Shown: positions 8,701-21,452 of the stretch, in pieces
Layout: each line of letters opens with the position of its first letter
How positions within the stretch are numbered: position 1 is the stretch's first letter
DNA from: Klebsormidium nitens
Lineage: Eukaryota > Plantae > Klebsormidiophyceae
Direction: 5' to 3'
Assembly: GCA_000708835.1 (NCBI GenBank)
Contig: DF237009.1
Span: forward strand, 1-64,000
Length of the DNA: 64,000 bases
Position numbers and translations under genes: made by a program
The notes under the pieces: model-generated
Told to the model about the DNA's origin: nothing
What the model saw: only the letters and a program-made list of their open reading frames with translations
Database searches by the model: none

Positions 8701-11700
8701 CTTGAAGAGCTCACCCGCCGCAGGAACGCCGCTCAGGCCCATCACCTGATACGAGATGGCGGGAGCACGTCCTTATAGGCCGAAAGCGTATGTTTCGTGA
8801 GATCGTGAATGCAAGGCGGAAATTCGATTCTTGGATGTTACAAACGAAATCAAGAAGAGACGGATAAACAGTTCACCCGCCGCAGGAACGCCGCTCAGGC
8901 CCATCACCTGAAAAGAGCACGCGTCTGTATATGTCGGACGCTCATTCAATCGTCGTGGCTTGACTGCGCATATCCATTCCCAGACAATACAATGAGACAA
9001 TACAATGAGACAATACGATCAAAGTCGGTAACAACTTGAAGAGCGCGCCAACAATGTGGAACTCTGAACAGGCCGACAGAGAAATAGGCACAGTAAACTC
9101 AGACACTGGTCCTGTCGAAGGAATCATCGATTTGAACGGACTCGATCCGAACCATCTCGTGTCCTTCGTCCTTGATTTCCGAGCCTGTCCCCGCACCAAC
9201 TTCTCACCTCATTCCCAAAATCTTCCAAGCCTTTCCTTTTTACGAGAAACTGTTAGCTCCCCAAAAACTTCCAAGCCTTTCCTTGTTACAAGAAACTGTT
9301 AGCTCCCATTTCTCCAACCTCTCACTTGATTCCCAAAGCATTCGAGCCTTTATTTTCTGGATTTTCACTTCATTCTCGGAACCTCCAAGCCTTTCGTTTT
9401 CCCCGAAATCTTTCCCAACTCCCAAGTTCCAAAAGATTCAAAAGACTAAGAGATTGCAGAACCCGCTCACCTGCACCGCCTCTGACGGCCCCGCCTCCTT
9501 CAGGCTCTTCCCCGTGTGGTCCAGCAACGCCCGCACCTTCCCGAACGCGTCCCCGCACAGCATGACGTCACCCCGCCGCAGCGTCCCGCACTGCACCACC
9601 ACCGTCGCGAGCGGGCCGCGCTTGCGATCCAGCGTCGCCTCGATGACCGTGCCCTTCGCCTCACGGTCCGGGTTCGCTGAGAACTCGGACACCTGTCCGA
9701 AAGTGGAAAAGATGGTTAAAAGTGTCCCGAATTTGTCCGAAAATTGTCCGAAAGTTGTCCGAAAGTTCTCCACAGCTTCGGAAACATGGTTAACCTGTCC
9801 GAAAACGAAGATAGATAACCGGTCCAGCGTTGCCTCGATCATTGTGCCCTTGGCCTCACGGTCCGACTTCATCAAGAACTCGGACACCTGTTCGGTTGTC
9901 GAGGAGATGGATTGATCTGTCCAATAGTTGAAAAACATGGACCTCTATTCAAGAATTGAGATAGACAAGCTATCCAGCGTCGCCTCAATCACCGTGCCCT
10001 TGGCCTCAAGGTCCGGATCGCAGATAGATTCGCCGACAACTCGGACACCTGTCCGAGAGTCACGAAGGTGGTTGACTTGTTCGAAACGTCAAAAAGATGG
10101 TTGACCTGTTCGAAAGTTAAGGTAGATATCCTGTCAAGCGTCGCCTCAATCACTGTGCTTTTGCCCTCGCGGTCTGGGCTCCCCAAGAACTCGGTTACAT
10201 AACCGAAAGTTGCAAAGGAAGTCGTTACGTGGTATCCGGACCCTTCAGAGAGACCCGAAGGACGGAGAGGAGATCAGGTTGAGCGCAAAACCACATGCTT
10301 AGATACAAGATAAACTGCGAGCTCAAGACTTATGACGAGCAATGCTCTATCTAACTAGTTTGCACACGTCCGCGATCGTCCGGGAATCACACCTCACCAA
10401 CGACAGCGACTCACAGCAACGGTGCACTAAAGACGAACAGAGAGGTTGTGAATGACCTCACCTCTGCAACTAGCATGATGGCCTCCAGTATTCACAGAAA
10501 AAACAATCCTAAGATAGAGAAGTCTTTCTCATATTTGAGAGCTCCCCGAACCCGACAAAGACGGTGTGAACGCCTTCACCTCCGCAACTAGCATGATGGC
10601 CTCCAGTGATCAGTGGGAAATAATTTCCTAGGATAGAGAAGCGTTCTTCGTGAACCCCGGAACTCGAACAACGAAGGTGTGAATGCCCTCACCTCCGCAA
10701 CTAGCATGATGGCCTCCAGCAGCTCGTCGACCCCGGTCCCCTTCTTCGCACTAACGGGCACCATCGCCACGTCACCACCCCACTCCTCGGGGTACAGCTG
10801 CGCCTGCGCCGACAGCTCCTGCAAACGCCACGTGGCTTGTGAGCAACGCATGTTTCATATCAAGTCGTCTTCTCCGGCTTTTCTCCGCATCTGTTTGGGC
10901 GTCGCAGCGTTCTTGCAGCCGTTATTGGGGCCCTCCCAATGACCGACTGACATTCCTAAGGGCTTTATTAGGGCGGGTTCCAATCGACAAACACAAGTCC
11001 CTCCGAATCTGAAATCTCCTGTTGTGTCCAAAGGATACATGCGTCCAGCTTAACGCAGCTTGAAGCTCCAGAAAACTCTACAGTGTTTAAGGCTCTGCTT
11101 TATTCACAAACCCGCTTCTTGCATACCGAATCTCCGACCTGAACAATGTCCAACCTCTGGAGTCAACGCCTGCCGAGGGTTTCGTAAGAAGGAAAGATCT
11201 TCGTAAGAAGGAACAACACTCCCCGAACACTGGAACCCTTCACCCCGACGCCCCTGCATGCCGCCTCACCTACGCGATCTCTCTGCCGGAATCGCTGAAA
11301 ACCAGGAAAGCTCTCAAAAGGCCCAATAAACGCCGAGCACGCATGAACCCCAAAACTTTCGGAGTGGACACCCCTGCAATCCCCTGAAAAGAAATGCAAA
11401 CCCTTGGGGTAACGCACTGCAAACCCTCCTCACCTGCATGACCTTCTCCACGCTCGCCCCGTCCTTGTCCACCTTGTTGATCGCCACCACGATCGGCACC
11501 TCCGCCGCCTTGGCGTGCGAGATCGCCTCCAGCGTCTGCGGCCGAACGCCGTCGTCCGCCGCAACCACAATAACGGCGATGTCCGTCACTTTCGCGCCCC
11601 GGGCGCGCATCGCGGAGAAGGCCTCGTGGCCCGGGGTGTCGAGGAACACGCACGTGTGCGTCTCGCCCTCCACCTCGACGGGGACGCGGTACGCGCCGAT

Positions 11701-14700
11701 CGCCTGAGTGATCCCCCCGGCCTCGCCGGCCGCCACCTGGGGATGGCAAAAGCCGAGGGATGTTAGCGTTTCTTGTCCTGCTCGAGACGCGTAAGTGGCC
11801 TGGTGTCACAGGCTGTAGGCAAAAACTTGGCAAATGAACTATGAAGCATGAAGCTCTAAGGCCAAAAGAAAGCGTGTTGATCCCGACATCCGAGTAGACA
11901 GGCTTGACGCAGCTCAATGCCGTATGGGTCAGCGGAAGTGTTAGCAGATGGAGCACAGCCCTGGCATTGCCAAAGCATATTTGAGACTCAGCAAGGGCCG
12001 TCAGTAATCGCGAATGAGAGAGGGAGCAGCGTTCGCATATTACCTTCCTACTGGCATAACGTAGTCCTTCCTACTTCCTACCAAACCATTCTTCAGCAAA
12101 CAATATTGAGGGGCCCCTCACCTTCTCCTTCCGGATGTAATCTAGCAACGACGTCTTGCCGTGATCGACGTGGCCCATGATTGTGACAACGGGGGGTCGT
12201 GGTTTCAGCTTCTCTAGGTCTGACTCGGAAATGAACTCGTTCGTTTTCTTGGCCATCGTTTCGATTTGCTCGTCTTCCACTTCAAGCACCTGAATGGGAG
12301 AGGCACAGCAAATCTTGAGAAAAACGCTTTGGAGATAATCTGGCCAAACGAAAGCGCTGATTACAGATACCCGGGGAAGCAAAACTCCCCGATATCATTG
12401 GCAAGATTCTTCGGAACACGAAGATTGACTAACAAGCTGTGCAACCAGGCCCATTTAGAACCGAGACACGAGCAACGGCGCGCTTAGGAGAGAAAGTTAC
12501 TGGCTGAAAAGTATGAATTGTCCAGATTGAACCACACAAAGCAACAGATGAGACTGCAAAGGAGGCAAGCTGAGCCAGACTACCTGACAAGAGTGGTTCC
12601 AACCGAGACAATCAAGCCATCCTTGCGTTTCATATATGACCTCTCAGACAAAGTAACTCTCTTTAACCCTTGTCAAAGAACGACATTGAGCCTTAGTGAG
12701 CCCTCTAGTCAAAAAGCATTCCTGCGCAGCTTCATCAACTGCTTTGTAGTGCACCCGTGCTTCGCATTTGAGAGAGCAGCAACCCCCTCCCCCACATAAG
12801 CATAAATCATGAGCCCCTCAAATGAAGCCACTCCTGTGTCCTAAAGGTGGAGCCCACAACGTGCCTCCAAAGCTGCCATAGGATCAAGCTCGTTCAAGAA
12901 CTACATGCCCCATGTATGCTGCTTGCTAAAATCACTGAAAGAGGCAGAAGCATCATCCTCCTCACCTCAACTTCAAACTGCTCACAAACCAGCTTCACAG
13001 CGTCCCGACTCAGCGTTTCATTCACGGTCGCCATGATGCCTGAGGAAGAGAAGAGCACAGCATGAGCATGAACGTCATTCATAAAGAACATCGCAACAGA
13101 GACGCTGTCTAACATTGCCGTAATCAGGCCACGACAGCCACAGAACTTTGGCAATGAATGCCTTTTCAAGATCTTGAAGAGGTTGGTATTATGTAAAAGA
13201 TCCTTTGCTAGTGGCAATAAACCACAATCAGGACGTAATCACACAGAACTGTTTAGCACCACTGCCTCAGTGAAGTTCTGAACGACGCCACCGACTGGTT
13301 TTTGCTGGTGGTCAAGAGCCCTGACCAGAACCCGACGCTCTCGAAATGGCGAAAAGAGCAACATCAGGCCAAGATCTCTAGAGCGCAGGCGTTTGATGCA
13401 ACGCCTTTCGACAAAAAAAAAGACCTGCAGAACCCTACTCTTTTCAAAAGCTTCTTAATGCCTCCTGCACCACTAAAAACTCTACACGACAAATAACCAA
13501 AAAGTTTCTCACAACCGCGCATCATCAACACCACCAGCAACCGCGGGAGACAAACACAACACCGTAAAGCGGAGGAGCCTAGGTCCAATCGACCACTGCC
13601 AAGCTCCTGGAACTATAGGGATGATACCGTGCAACTTTCCTCAGCTGACATCCACCTGAACCTTATAAGCAACTAGATAAGCTGACACTCTTGACTTTTA
13701 GATCTGATTTATGCAAAAGGGGTCATTGTGCAGGTTTTCACTGCTTGAGTAGTATCAAGCGATGGAATCTAAAAACGCTTCACAAGCATTGGCTTCAATA
13801 AAGTACAAAATCTCCGGAAGGACAATGCCCTGGGTCTGTAGGTGCATATGCACATGGTTCAGGCCTACTTTGAGCAGAACCCTAGCACTGATACAAGGGG
13901 AGATGCAATCATGTTGGATACAGGAGCATACTTAGCCTCCTTTTGCAGAATGCTGCAGGCCAACTGGACGACGACAAGTGACTCCCAAAATCAGACCATA
14001 TTTCAGTAGAATAGCAGCTAACAGAACAGCACCGCGCACATATGAACAGCGAAGTATAGAGCTGCACCACTACAGACGTTGAACATTCCACCACTGCACA
14101 GAAGGAATCGAAAACAAAAGCCAACAAGGAAGCAACAACGCACCTTTCATAAACAGTGCACTGACAACCTCCGCTTCATTCACGACCAGCAACTCTGCAA
14201 GCTCCGACACCGGGAGCCCCTCCTCTCCAACTTCGATTATCTCCGCCCGAACCGGCTGCCCCGTCTTGTCCCGCAGCGCGCGCATCCGCGCCTTGTAAGC
14301 GCGCCCCTTCCGCCGCCGCCGCTTCACGATCCGCTTCTGCGGCATCCCTGGAATCACAATCTGGTTGTCCGCGATAAACCGCTGGTTCTCGTCCTCCTCC
14401 CCGCGCCGCCCCGCGCCCCCCGTCTTGCGCACCGCGCGCTTCTTCGCGGGGGCCTTATCCCCCCCGGGAGGACCAACCAAGCGCGGGGGCGGGCGCCGTG
14501 ACAGAAGGCTAGGGTCGTCGAGAACCTGGTCGGGGAATGCTCCACCCCCTCCACCCCCCCGCCGGGGGGGTGGCGGTTGCCCCCCTCCTTCGGGGCCGCC
14601 CAACTGCCCCTGCCCGGGGCGCCAAACCTGCACTTCTGCGCTAGCCGCCGGCGACCGAGCGGGGGTCTCCGCTCGTAGCGACCTCCGGGGGGGGCTCTGA

Positions 14701-15476
14701 TATTCGTCGTCCAGATCTTGCCGGCTGACGGCAGGCCGCTCGGCAGCGGGAGACGGACGATCGAACCCAGGGTCGGACGAGGAAGGGGACGCCGGAGTGA
14801 ACCCAGTCACGCGCTTGCCTGTTTTAGGGGTCCAGACTTCCTTGGCTTCTGCCTGGCCCCCCCGGGGCGGTTGCGGTCTCGCTGCCGCTGGTCTCGACGG
14901 CGGGTCGCCCCTCTTCCAGGCCCCCCTAGGAGCGGGAGCAGCTGCTTGAGAACCCCCCCGGGGAGGAGCGGTCGCGGCCCCCTCAGCATTTCTCTGCCCC
15001 GAAAGCGTCTTCTTCTTCCGCTCCAGGGGGGGTGCCGCGGCACCGTTCGCTGGCGGCAACACCTCTTCTACCGCCTCGGTAATGGTCTCGCTTGCACTTT
15101 CGCTGTCGCTGGCTGCATTTGACCCGTTCTGAGCTTTCCCATTCGCATACCGGTTGCTAGATGCATTCTTGTACTTGTTTGCTGGCGGCGCCGCCCCCCC
15201 GGGTGCATCAACAACCCCGGCATTTTCCGCTGCTTCTACGGTCTCGACCTCGACCCCTGCCGCCCTAACCCGCAACCTTCCCACAGAGACCCTGTTTTCC
15301 GCTCCTTTACCCACCAGCGCACTCAAGGGCCTCCCCAAATGACCAGCCCGGAAAGGAACGATGCCCCCGAGAGGAACTTTCTGAACTATGGTCGTATTTC
15401 TCTGTGTGTTCAAAGAGCAGGCACAGCACGTGGAGAATGCTGGCTGCAGGAGCGCGTTTGCAGCGCAATGAGCCAT
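5799..15476 (-). CDS. infB: Translation initiation factor IF-2, chloroplast (11 exons, ~1035 aa)
   Basis: Exons 15476-14144, 13039-12966, 12289-12122, 11736-11434, 10818-10693, 9692-9471, 8588-8322, 7876-7757, 7200-7078, 6546-6358, 5981-5799. All introns are GT-AG with consistent phases. G-domain motifs [43 protein letters not shown]. Long transit-peptide-like and low-complexity N-terminus. Confidence 0.96.
7285..7470. mobile_element. Fold-back MITE in IF2 intron 8 with 41-bp inverted arms, telomere-like core and probable 9-bp TSD
   Basis: Arm 7290-7330 matches the reverse complement of 7425-7465 at 36/41. Each arm has two AGCAATAGTAAG units. Direct repeat CCCATTCAA at 7276-7284 and 7471-7479, each 5 bp outside an arm. 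Confidence 0.75.
8711..8940 (-). repeat. Two degenerate copies of the IF2 exon-7 acceptor plus first ~35 nt
   Basis: CAG|GTGATGGGCCTGAGCGGCGTTCCTGCGGCGGGTGA at 8748-8711 and 8910-8872. The real acceptor precedes 8588. Confidence 0.9.
9823..10610 (-). repeat. Three echoes of the IF2 exon-6 5' end and two echoes of the exon-5 3' end plus donor in intron 5
   Basis: Exon-6-like units at 9823-9890, 9973-10051 and 10134-10207 (VSEF...DREAKGT.IEATLDR). Exon-5 end CTGGAGGCCATCATGCTAGTTGCxGAG|GTGA at 10445-10488 and 10563-10606. Confidence 0.9.
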
Positions 15477-15742
15477 GGCCAAAGATGGCCAGAAACGGAA
15501 GGGGACGCCAGCTGAGAGCTGCTTTGTGTGTCCTATTGAAGAGCGCTGTTCAGACAATCCAGAATTTGAAAGAGACGATTTGAATCTTGCAAGCTGCCTA
15601 CGGTATGTGCACAGTCCAAGACTGCACTGTATGATGGATATCAAATGTTCACGTGGCCTCAAATTGAACCGTCGATAAGAGCAGTCTGAAAGTAGCAGCA
15701 TTCTGAAACCGTCCGATAAGGGTAAAGCTAGATCTGCTGAGC

Positions 15743-15798
15743 AAACCCTAGTCTTGAATTTGTAGCATCGCCCATCTACCTAATAGGAATTTAGGGTT
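15743..15798. promoter_or_regulatory. Two telo-box motifs in the divergent promoter between IF2 and the 16009 gene
   Basis: AAACCCTAG at 15743-15751 and TTAGGGTT at 15791-15798, within a 532-bp head-to-head spacer. Telo-boxes are known upstream of plant translation-machinery genes. Function here is inferred. Confidence 0.45.
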
Positions 15799-16008
15799 CA
15801 ACCTTCTCTTCCAATTTTGAGATCGCTCAGCCTCGCTGGCATTGCAAACTAACTAATATGCAAAAGGAGAAAAGCGGCAAAGAAAAGTTTCTAGCATGTC
15901 TGGCATTAGGTCACGGTGCTTCTGATGAAAGAGCAGGTGCTTCTGATTCCTTTGTACCACCACTGATATCTAAAGTTGCCCAATTGTTTCGAGTAGCCCC
16001 TCCATCTG

Positions 16009-19000
16009 ATGAAGCGAAAACTGTTTGGATCTCGGCCTCAAGATGACTTTGGGGACGTGTTCGCTGACCTCAGCGAGGACGAGTTGCTTGACCATGGCAC
16101 AAGCTCTGGGAAATTCTTGGACTTCTTCACAGAGGCTGACGTCAGACGGTTGCTTCAAGCTTCTGAAGTGTTTCAGACGATTGAAAGAAAGAGGGGCCAT
16201 GCTGACCTCACACTGTCGCTTGACCTGAGCGACTCATTTGTGCATAAAGTGAGATATCATTTGTGGCTGATTCGTTTGCACTCAATTGATGGCAGATTGA
16301 TCGAGCTAGGCTATGACTTTTAGGTAGGTTTATCTGGTCAGGCGTGACATTCAGGATTTTCAACCTTTTTATCATTGTGGATGAAAGAGAGGTGCCTTTG
16401 CAGAAGGGTTTGCGTCGTTTCAAACACCGGGGGGGAATACATATCAAGCACATGAGCCGTGTCAATTACTCTTAGAACCTCTGACAACTCCGGTATGCAA
16501 TTGGAGCTATGCAATGCTAGGCGTTCAAATACCACTAGCTAGACCAATGCGGTGTGGGCTCCTTCCCTAAACGAGGAAGGCAAACGTATGAAAGAAAGCA
16601 GATCAAGCACTGTGCTTTGTATTCTATCGGCTCGGAATAGCAGTCAGCAATATGGAAACAAATTCTGTGGAATAGTGGTCAGCGATTTGAGGTTCCAGTG
16701 CTGACTTTAAGAAGCACAACTGATTAGCTTGCTTTTGCCCCTGCCTGCAGCTGTATCTGCATAGTCCAAAGACTGAGGAGGCGCTCTGTGAGCTGTTTTT
16801 GCGGGTCACAAAAAGTACAGACAATTTCAAGGTGCGTGCACGGTGGCCAGATGGACCCAATCAAAGCATCTGAGGCTTTATGGTTAGTTCTTTCCAAGAG
16901 GAGCGCCCGCCCCTGTCAACTCAGAGGGGCTTGAGGAAAAACAAGCATAGGGGTTAAAGATGAGGTTTTGCAAGGGTCGGTCTGAAGGGTCTACAATCTT
17001 GGATTAAAGGGAATTACTGATGTTGTACTGTTTAGACTCTTGCTTCTGAAATTGGAGCAAAGAAATTCGAGGTCAACTCTCTGAGACAGTCAAGTCACTA
17101 GTCCCTCATCATATCCAAGGGCAACAAGGCAGGACTGGAAGTCGACTTATAGATTAGCCAGCCTTTCTCCAATACAGCCAGCCTTTACCCCCCAGCTCAC
17201 CTCTTCATGTTGCTATAGGCTCTTGATGACAGCGCCCGATCGGCAGTGGCGGCGGGCGCGAGCTTCGTCAAGGGCTGGGCCAAAACGCACGGCCCGCTGC
17301 GCATGCTGGCGATCGAGTGGATGCTGTTACAGGACCCCTTCAAGAGCGCTGCGGGTGGGTTTCGGAAACCTATGGTATGAGAGTTTCATGATATTGCGGC
17401 TTGAGGCTTTCCAGACCTCTCAAGATGTTTTGATTGTTGATCAACTCCTTGGAGCTTGTGTCAAACTGTTGATTTGTTTGGGTGACATGACAGCACTTTT
17501 TGTTAAGCTCTGCTGGCGGCCCTCTCGACTTATGGCGGTTAGAGTATGCGTAGAACATGCATGCTTATTCAAATCGTCAAGAATCCTTGCCAGATCAAAG
17601 CTGACGCCGCTGGCTTTCCATGTGACGTCCAATTACTATGGTAGACGTCCAACCTAACGCCCGCTCTCAGGTTCTTCTCTATTGTTGCTTCTCAGACGCT
17701 GGGCCAGCTTTGCTTAGCTCATCACAGGCCTGGTCTTTTGCCCCTGCATTTGATTGATCAATTTTAATGTCTATCTTTTCGCCTGTTCCAAGAACATCTG
17801 CATTCGATCTTTCCCAGGAGTCAAGCTGCTGCCAGGCCAGAAGATGATTGGGCTGGGCTGCGCGCAAGAAGTCGTGACCTTCATTCGCATGCTGGTAAGA
17901 ACTCCACAACAAGCCTGGCTTCTGAAATCTACACACGGGACGGAGGACGAGACGCGACTTTAAATGGAAAGAGGATTGAAAGGTCAATAATGAGAAAAGT
18001 TGTCGGAAGAGAAAACAGCAGAGGAGAAGAAGCGGATAGAAAAGAAAAATGTATGTGAATCTCTGGACAAATGTAAATGAGTATCTGGCGACTGCGCCCT
18101 CCTCGACCTTTTCCAATCAGGAGCTCGCTCAACGAATTCCTCGGATCCTGAATGTTGATTATTGTGTTGTCACTTGAGCGGAGGGGCTAGAAGTCTGGCC
18201 CCGGGAAGTCAGATTGCGTTTAGCCTGCTTTAGCCTCAACGTATGTGCCCACCTCAGACTGATCACCTCTTCCACACAAACAATAACATTCCGCGATGTG
18301 ATGCAACAAGTGGTCGGCACATGCAGGCGGAGGAGCTGGGCGTCGACGGGCTTATGAACAAGCCGCTATACTTCCACAACGCATTTTTGTACTCGCCGTT
18401 CTACACCTTCATTAACCCGGAGGTAGGTTCTTGCGGTGTTCACAAAAGACGAAGTATTTGGCAAAGACGGTTCAAAAGCTGGACAGTAGTTAGGGACAAT
18501 TCAACTTCAAGCCTCAGAGGGAGTTAATTATTGCTCTGAAGCTGCTTGCAATTGCGAAGGGTCACGTACCGGCTTTTCAAACCGGGCCCTTCAAAATGAC
18601 CTCTTGTGCTATTCTGAGTAGGCAGGGGAGTACTGCGTGCACAGAGTAGTCCATCTCTAGCAAGGGTATTACAATCCTGTACGAGTTTTACTCGGCTCGT
18701 TTGGGCATAACGTTACTTCACCTGTATCTCATGCACGCTTTATAGTCCGGCGCCCTTCGAGAAATTTGCCGCCCGCTCAAGGAGCTGTTGCTTTTCTTCC
18801 AGATTGAAGGGGCGTTTCGGATACTGGTTACTGACTTGGAAGACGACATTCGGGAACGCGGACCAGGGACCGTGTCGCACGCAATCAACTACGGGGTAAG
18901 CAGACCGGTTGCTGCTCAAGTGCGTGAGTTGCAGCCGGGGCCTAGAGGTCACGAAGCGTTGCTTGAATTGATGTTTCCGACTCTTGTCCAGTTTGATCTT

Positions 19001-20640
19001 TCTGATTCTTGCCCCACTATTGGATTAGGGCAGGGCGCTAAGCCCTGCAGGTCCTAGGTTGACAAGCTGTGCATTTGAGCCTCTTATTCCGCGCAGGAAT
19101 AACGGACTGCTGGCCGCTCGGCCAGGTTTTCTATCATGTCCCGTGATCCGCCAGCGCCAGGTTCATTACATTTTCAGAGTTGACCGCGCATTGCTCTGGT
19201 AGTGACCATGACGGTGTTGGGGGATCATGCTGAAGCGATATGGTTCCTGATCTATTCTTCGTGTATTGATCCATTTCAGGTTCCTAGATTTTGAGTAGCA
19301 AAACGTCCCTACTTGGGCAGCGATTGGAGTTCAGGGTAGCACCAGGTGGGTTTGGGTTCAGAATGCTGGTGCAGGCGTGACAAAGGGACTGAACCTTAAT
19401 TCAAGATTCGAATGAGAAAGAGTGGCTCTGGATAGATAAGATTAGTTGAATACAGACAAATGAAGGTCACGACCAACAAACCAGGTTCAAAGATACACAC
19501 AAAAACATTACACCCACTGATGAAACAAGGTACGACTAACAAGAAACTTATGCACTTTTTCCAGGCGCTTAAGCACCGACCGAGCGGGGCGGTCGTGGCG
19601 TGGACGCACGAAGAGCAGGTTCGGCCGCTCGGATCAAAGTACGCGCTTTGGAAGTCTAATCTCCAAAGCGTTTGCCTCGAGCGAGAAAACTCCTTTAGTT
19701 CCGCAGCCTCTAATCCGGTGCCAAGACTACGGCAAGCGTGCACAATCGCCTCGCATCCCTGAGAGTCTCTTTACTACTGGCGACTGGAATTCGGAAACTT
19801 CACGTCTGCAGCGAGTTGTACCATCTTGTGTAGAATTTAGAGACTTGTACGCGAATGGACGTTCTTAATTTGCAGCGAGTTGCTTCATGTGTCGAACGAC
19901 TCTGTAAAACAACTGCACAAACGAGCAAAGCTGGCTATCTGCTAAAGCCATCGAAGTAGATCCACGTAGATAACCCATTGAAGGCTCTTGGTCGTAACAT
20001 AGGTCAATCCGAGTTTGTTGCTCTTAGCTGAATCCGGTCAAAATTGTGTACTGTTTGACGTACTCAATGATGCTTCTGATGCTTCCCCGTCAAATTGTGT
20101 CGGTTTGAATGTTCACATCTCGTGGGCAGGTTGGAAGACCTGTTCTCTTCGCCGGCGTTCGACTCCCTCCTCAAAAGTCGCACGAGCGAAGCGGAGACCG
20201 CTCAAGGCGACGCTGGACCTAGCGACAGGGGAAAGGAAGCGAAAACGGAAAGGGAATCGGACTCTGGAGGGCCACATGCCTCTCAAGAGGGGCATGTAGA
20301 ATCGGATGGGAATTCAGGAAGGCACCTTGGGGATGGAACGGAAACGGACTCCGGTAGAGAAGCGGAACTGCTAGCGGCGGAAGGCATGGCACTGCAGAAC
20401 GGCAGGGGAGGGTCGGAGGACGATTTGCAGGGAAGGGCGACCAGCACGACCTCGCGGGAGCCTTCCTTGTCGCTTTTTAAGGCGGTCCTCGACGAGTTTC
20501 GAGCCAAGAAACGGGAACCTCGGCATCGAGAGCCAGTGTTTATCATTGATTGGGATTTGACCGTTGAAGATAGGACGTCCGTTGAGGACAGATTAAAGGG
20601 CGCCCTTTCATTCAAAGAAGTTTGCGGGCTGACTCATTGA
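16009..20640 (+). CDS. Uncharacterised protein (8 exons, ~435 aa) resembling a bacterial domain of unknown function
   Basis: Exons 16009-16248, 16751-16831, 17219-17354, 17818-17894, 18327-18422, 18803-18895, 19565-19638, 20130-20640. All GT-AG and phase-consistent. Motifs GKFLDFFT, LDLSDSFVHKLYL, IEWMLLQDP, LLPGQKMIGLG, GVDGLMNKPLYFHNAFLY, FINPE. The exact 3' end is less certain. Confidence 0.8.
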
Positions 20641-21452
20641 GGTGTTGATGCACTCGAGGGTGCTCATTTTTGTACGATACTCGCTGCTGAGACAATAGTA
20701 TCTGAGTTGCTTACGTGAATCAACATTTGCCGGGATTATGTTGTTGTCTGCAGCGCGCATGCACATGCAGTGACTATGCTATGCTTATCATGCATAGCTT
20801 TACGCATGCTGGGTATCCGAGTCATAGACGTCCAATGTAGTATGCTGTTGATCGCTCTACAGTACACCACAGATCGACTAGCGCGGACATATGGTATAAT
20901 CGAACAAATATAGCTTTGACTTTGCTGCAGTTACTCGGATTATAGTTGCGCGACCATGAGATGTACTAACTCAGTAAATCTAGGATTCATGCTCGTAGCT
21001 GCGAGTGTCAGTCAAGCCGCCCCTAAATGTGCAGCATCATGCACAATTCCACCAATTTGACGCGAAGTGTTCAGCTGTTGCTAGGCTAGGCTCCCGGCTC
21101 TTTCACGCTGTCGCAACTATCAGGAGAACGATTCATGGTCGCATGCGGCCAGGCGTCAGTGCTTCCAATACGTGCATGCACGCGCCGGCGAGTGTGGGCC
21201 CGACTGCCACAAATGAATTTGAAGTCTATTGCGCAAGTTGGTCCGCTTCTTGCATGCTTGACTGCATCAGATCGTGATGTATTCGTCTTTGCCTCACTGG
21301 AGTTAGAAAAGACAGGCGTTTCGGGTGCCTAAAAGAGCCACCCCGCCTGCCCCTCACACAGCCAACCAGATTCGTACGGTAGCTTGCGTAGAGTCACTTC
21401 TGCAGTGAAAGCCTAGATTCCGAGGAGTACGAATCCACCCGACGATTGCACA

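Noticed and set aside
15477-15701. Upstream extension of the IF2 ORF to 15701
   Set aside because: It begins at a non-ATG codon. The ATG at 15476 has a good context and starts a transit-peptide-like sequence.
18896-19057. Read-through end of the 16009 gene at 19057
   Set aside because: There is a strong GTAAGC donor at 18896, and downstream exons (19565-19638, 20130 onward) continue the motif pattern in phase.
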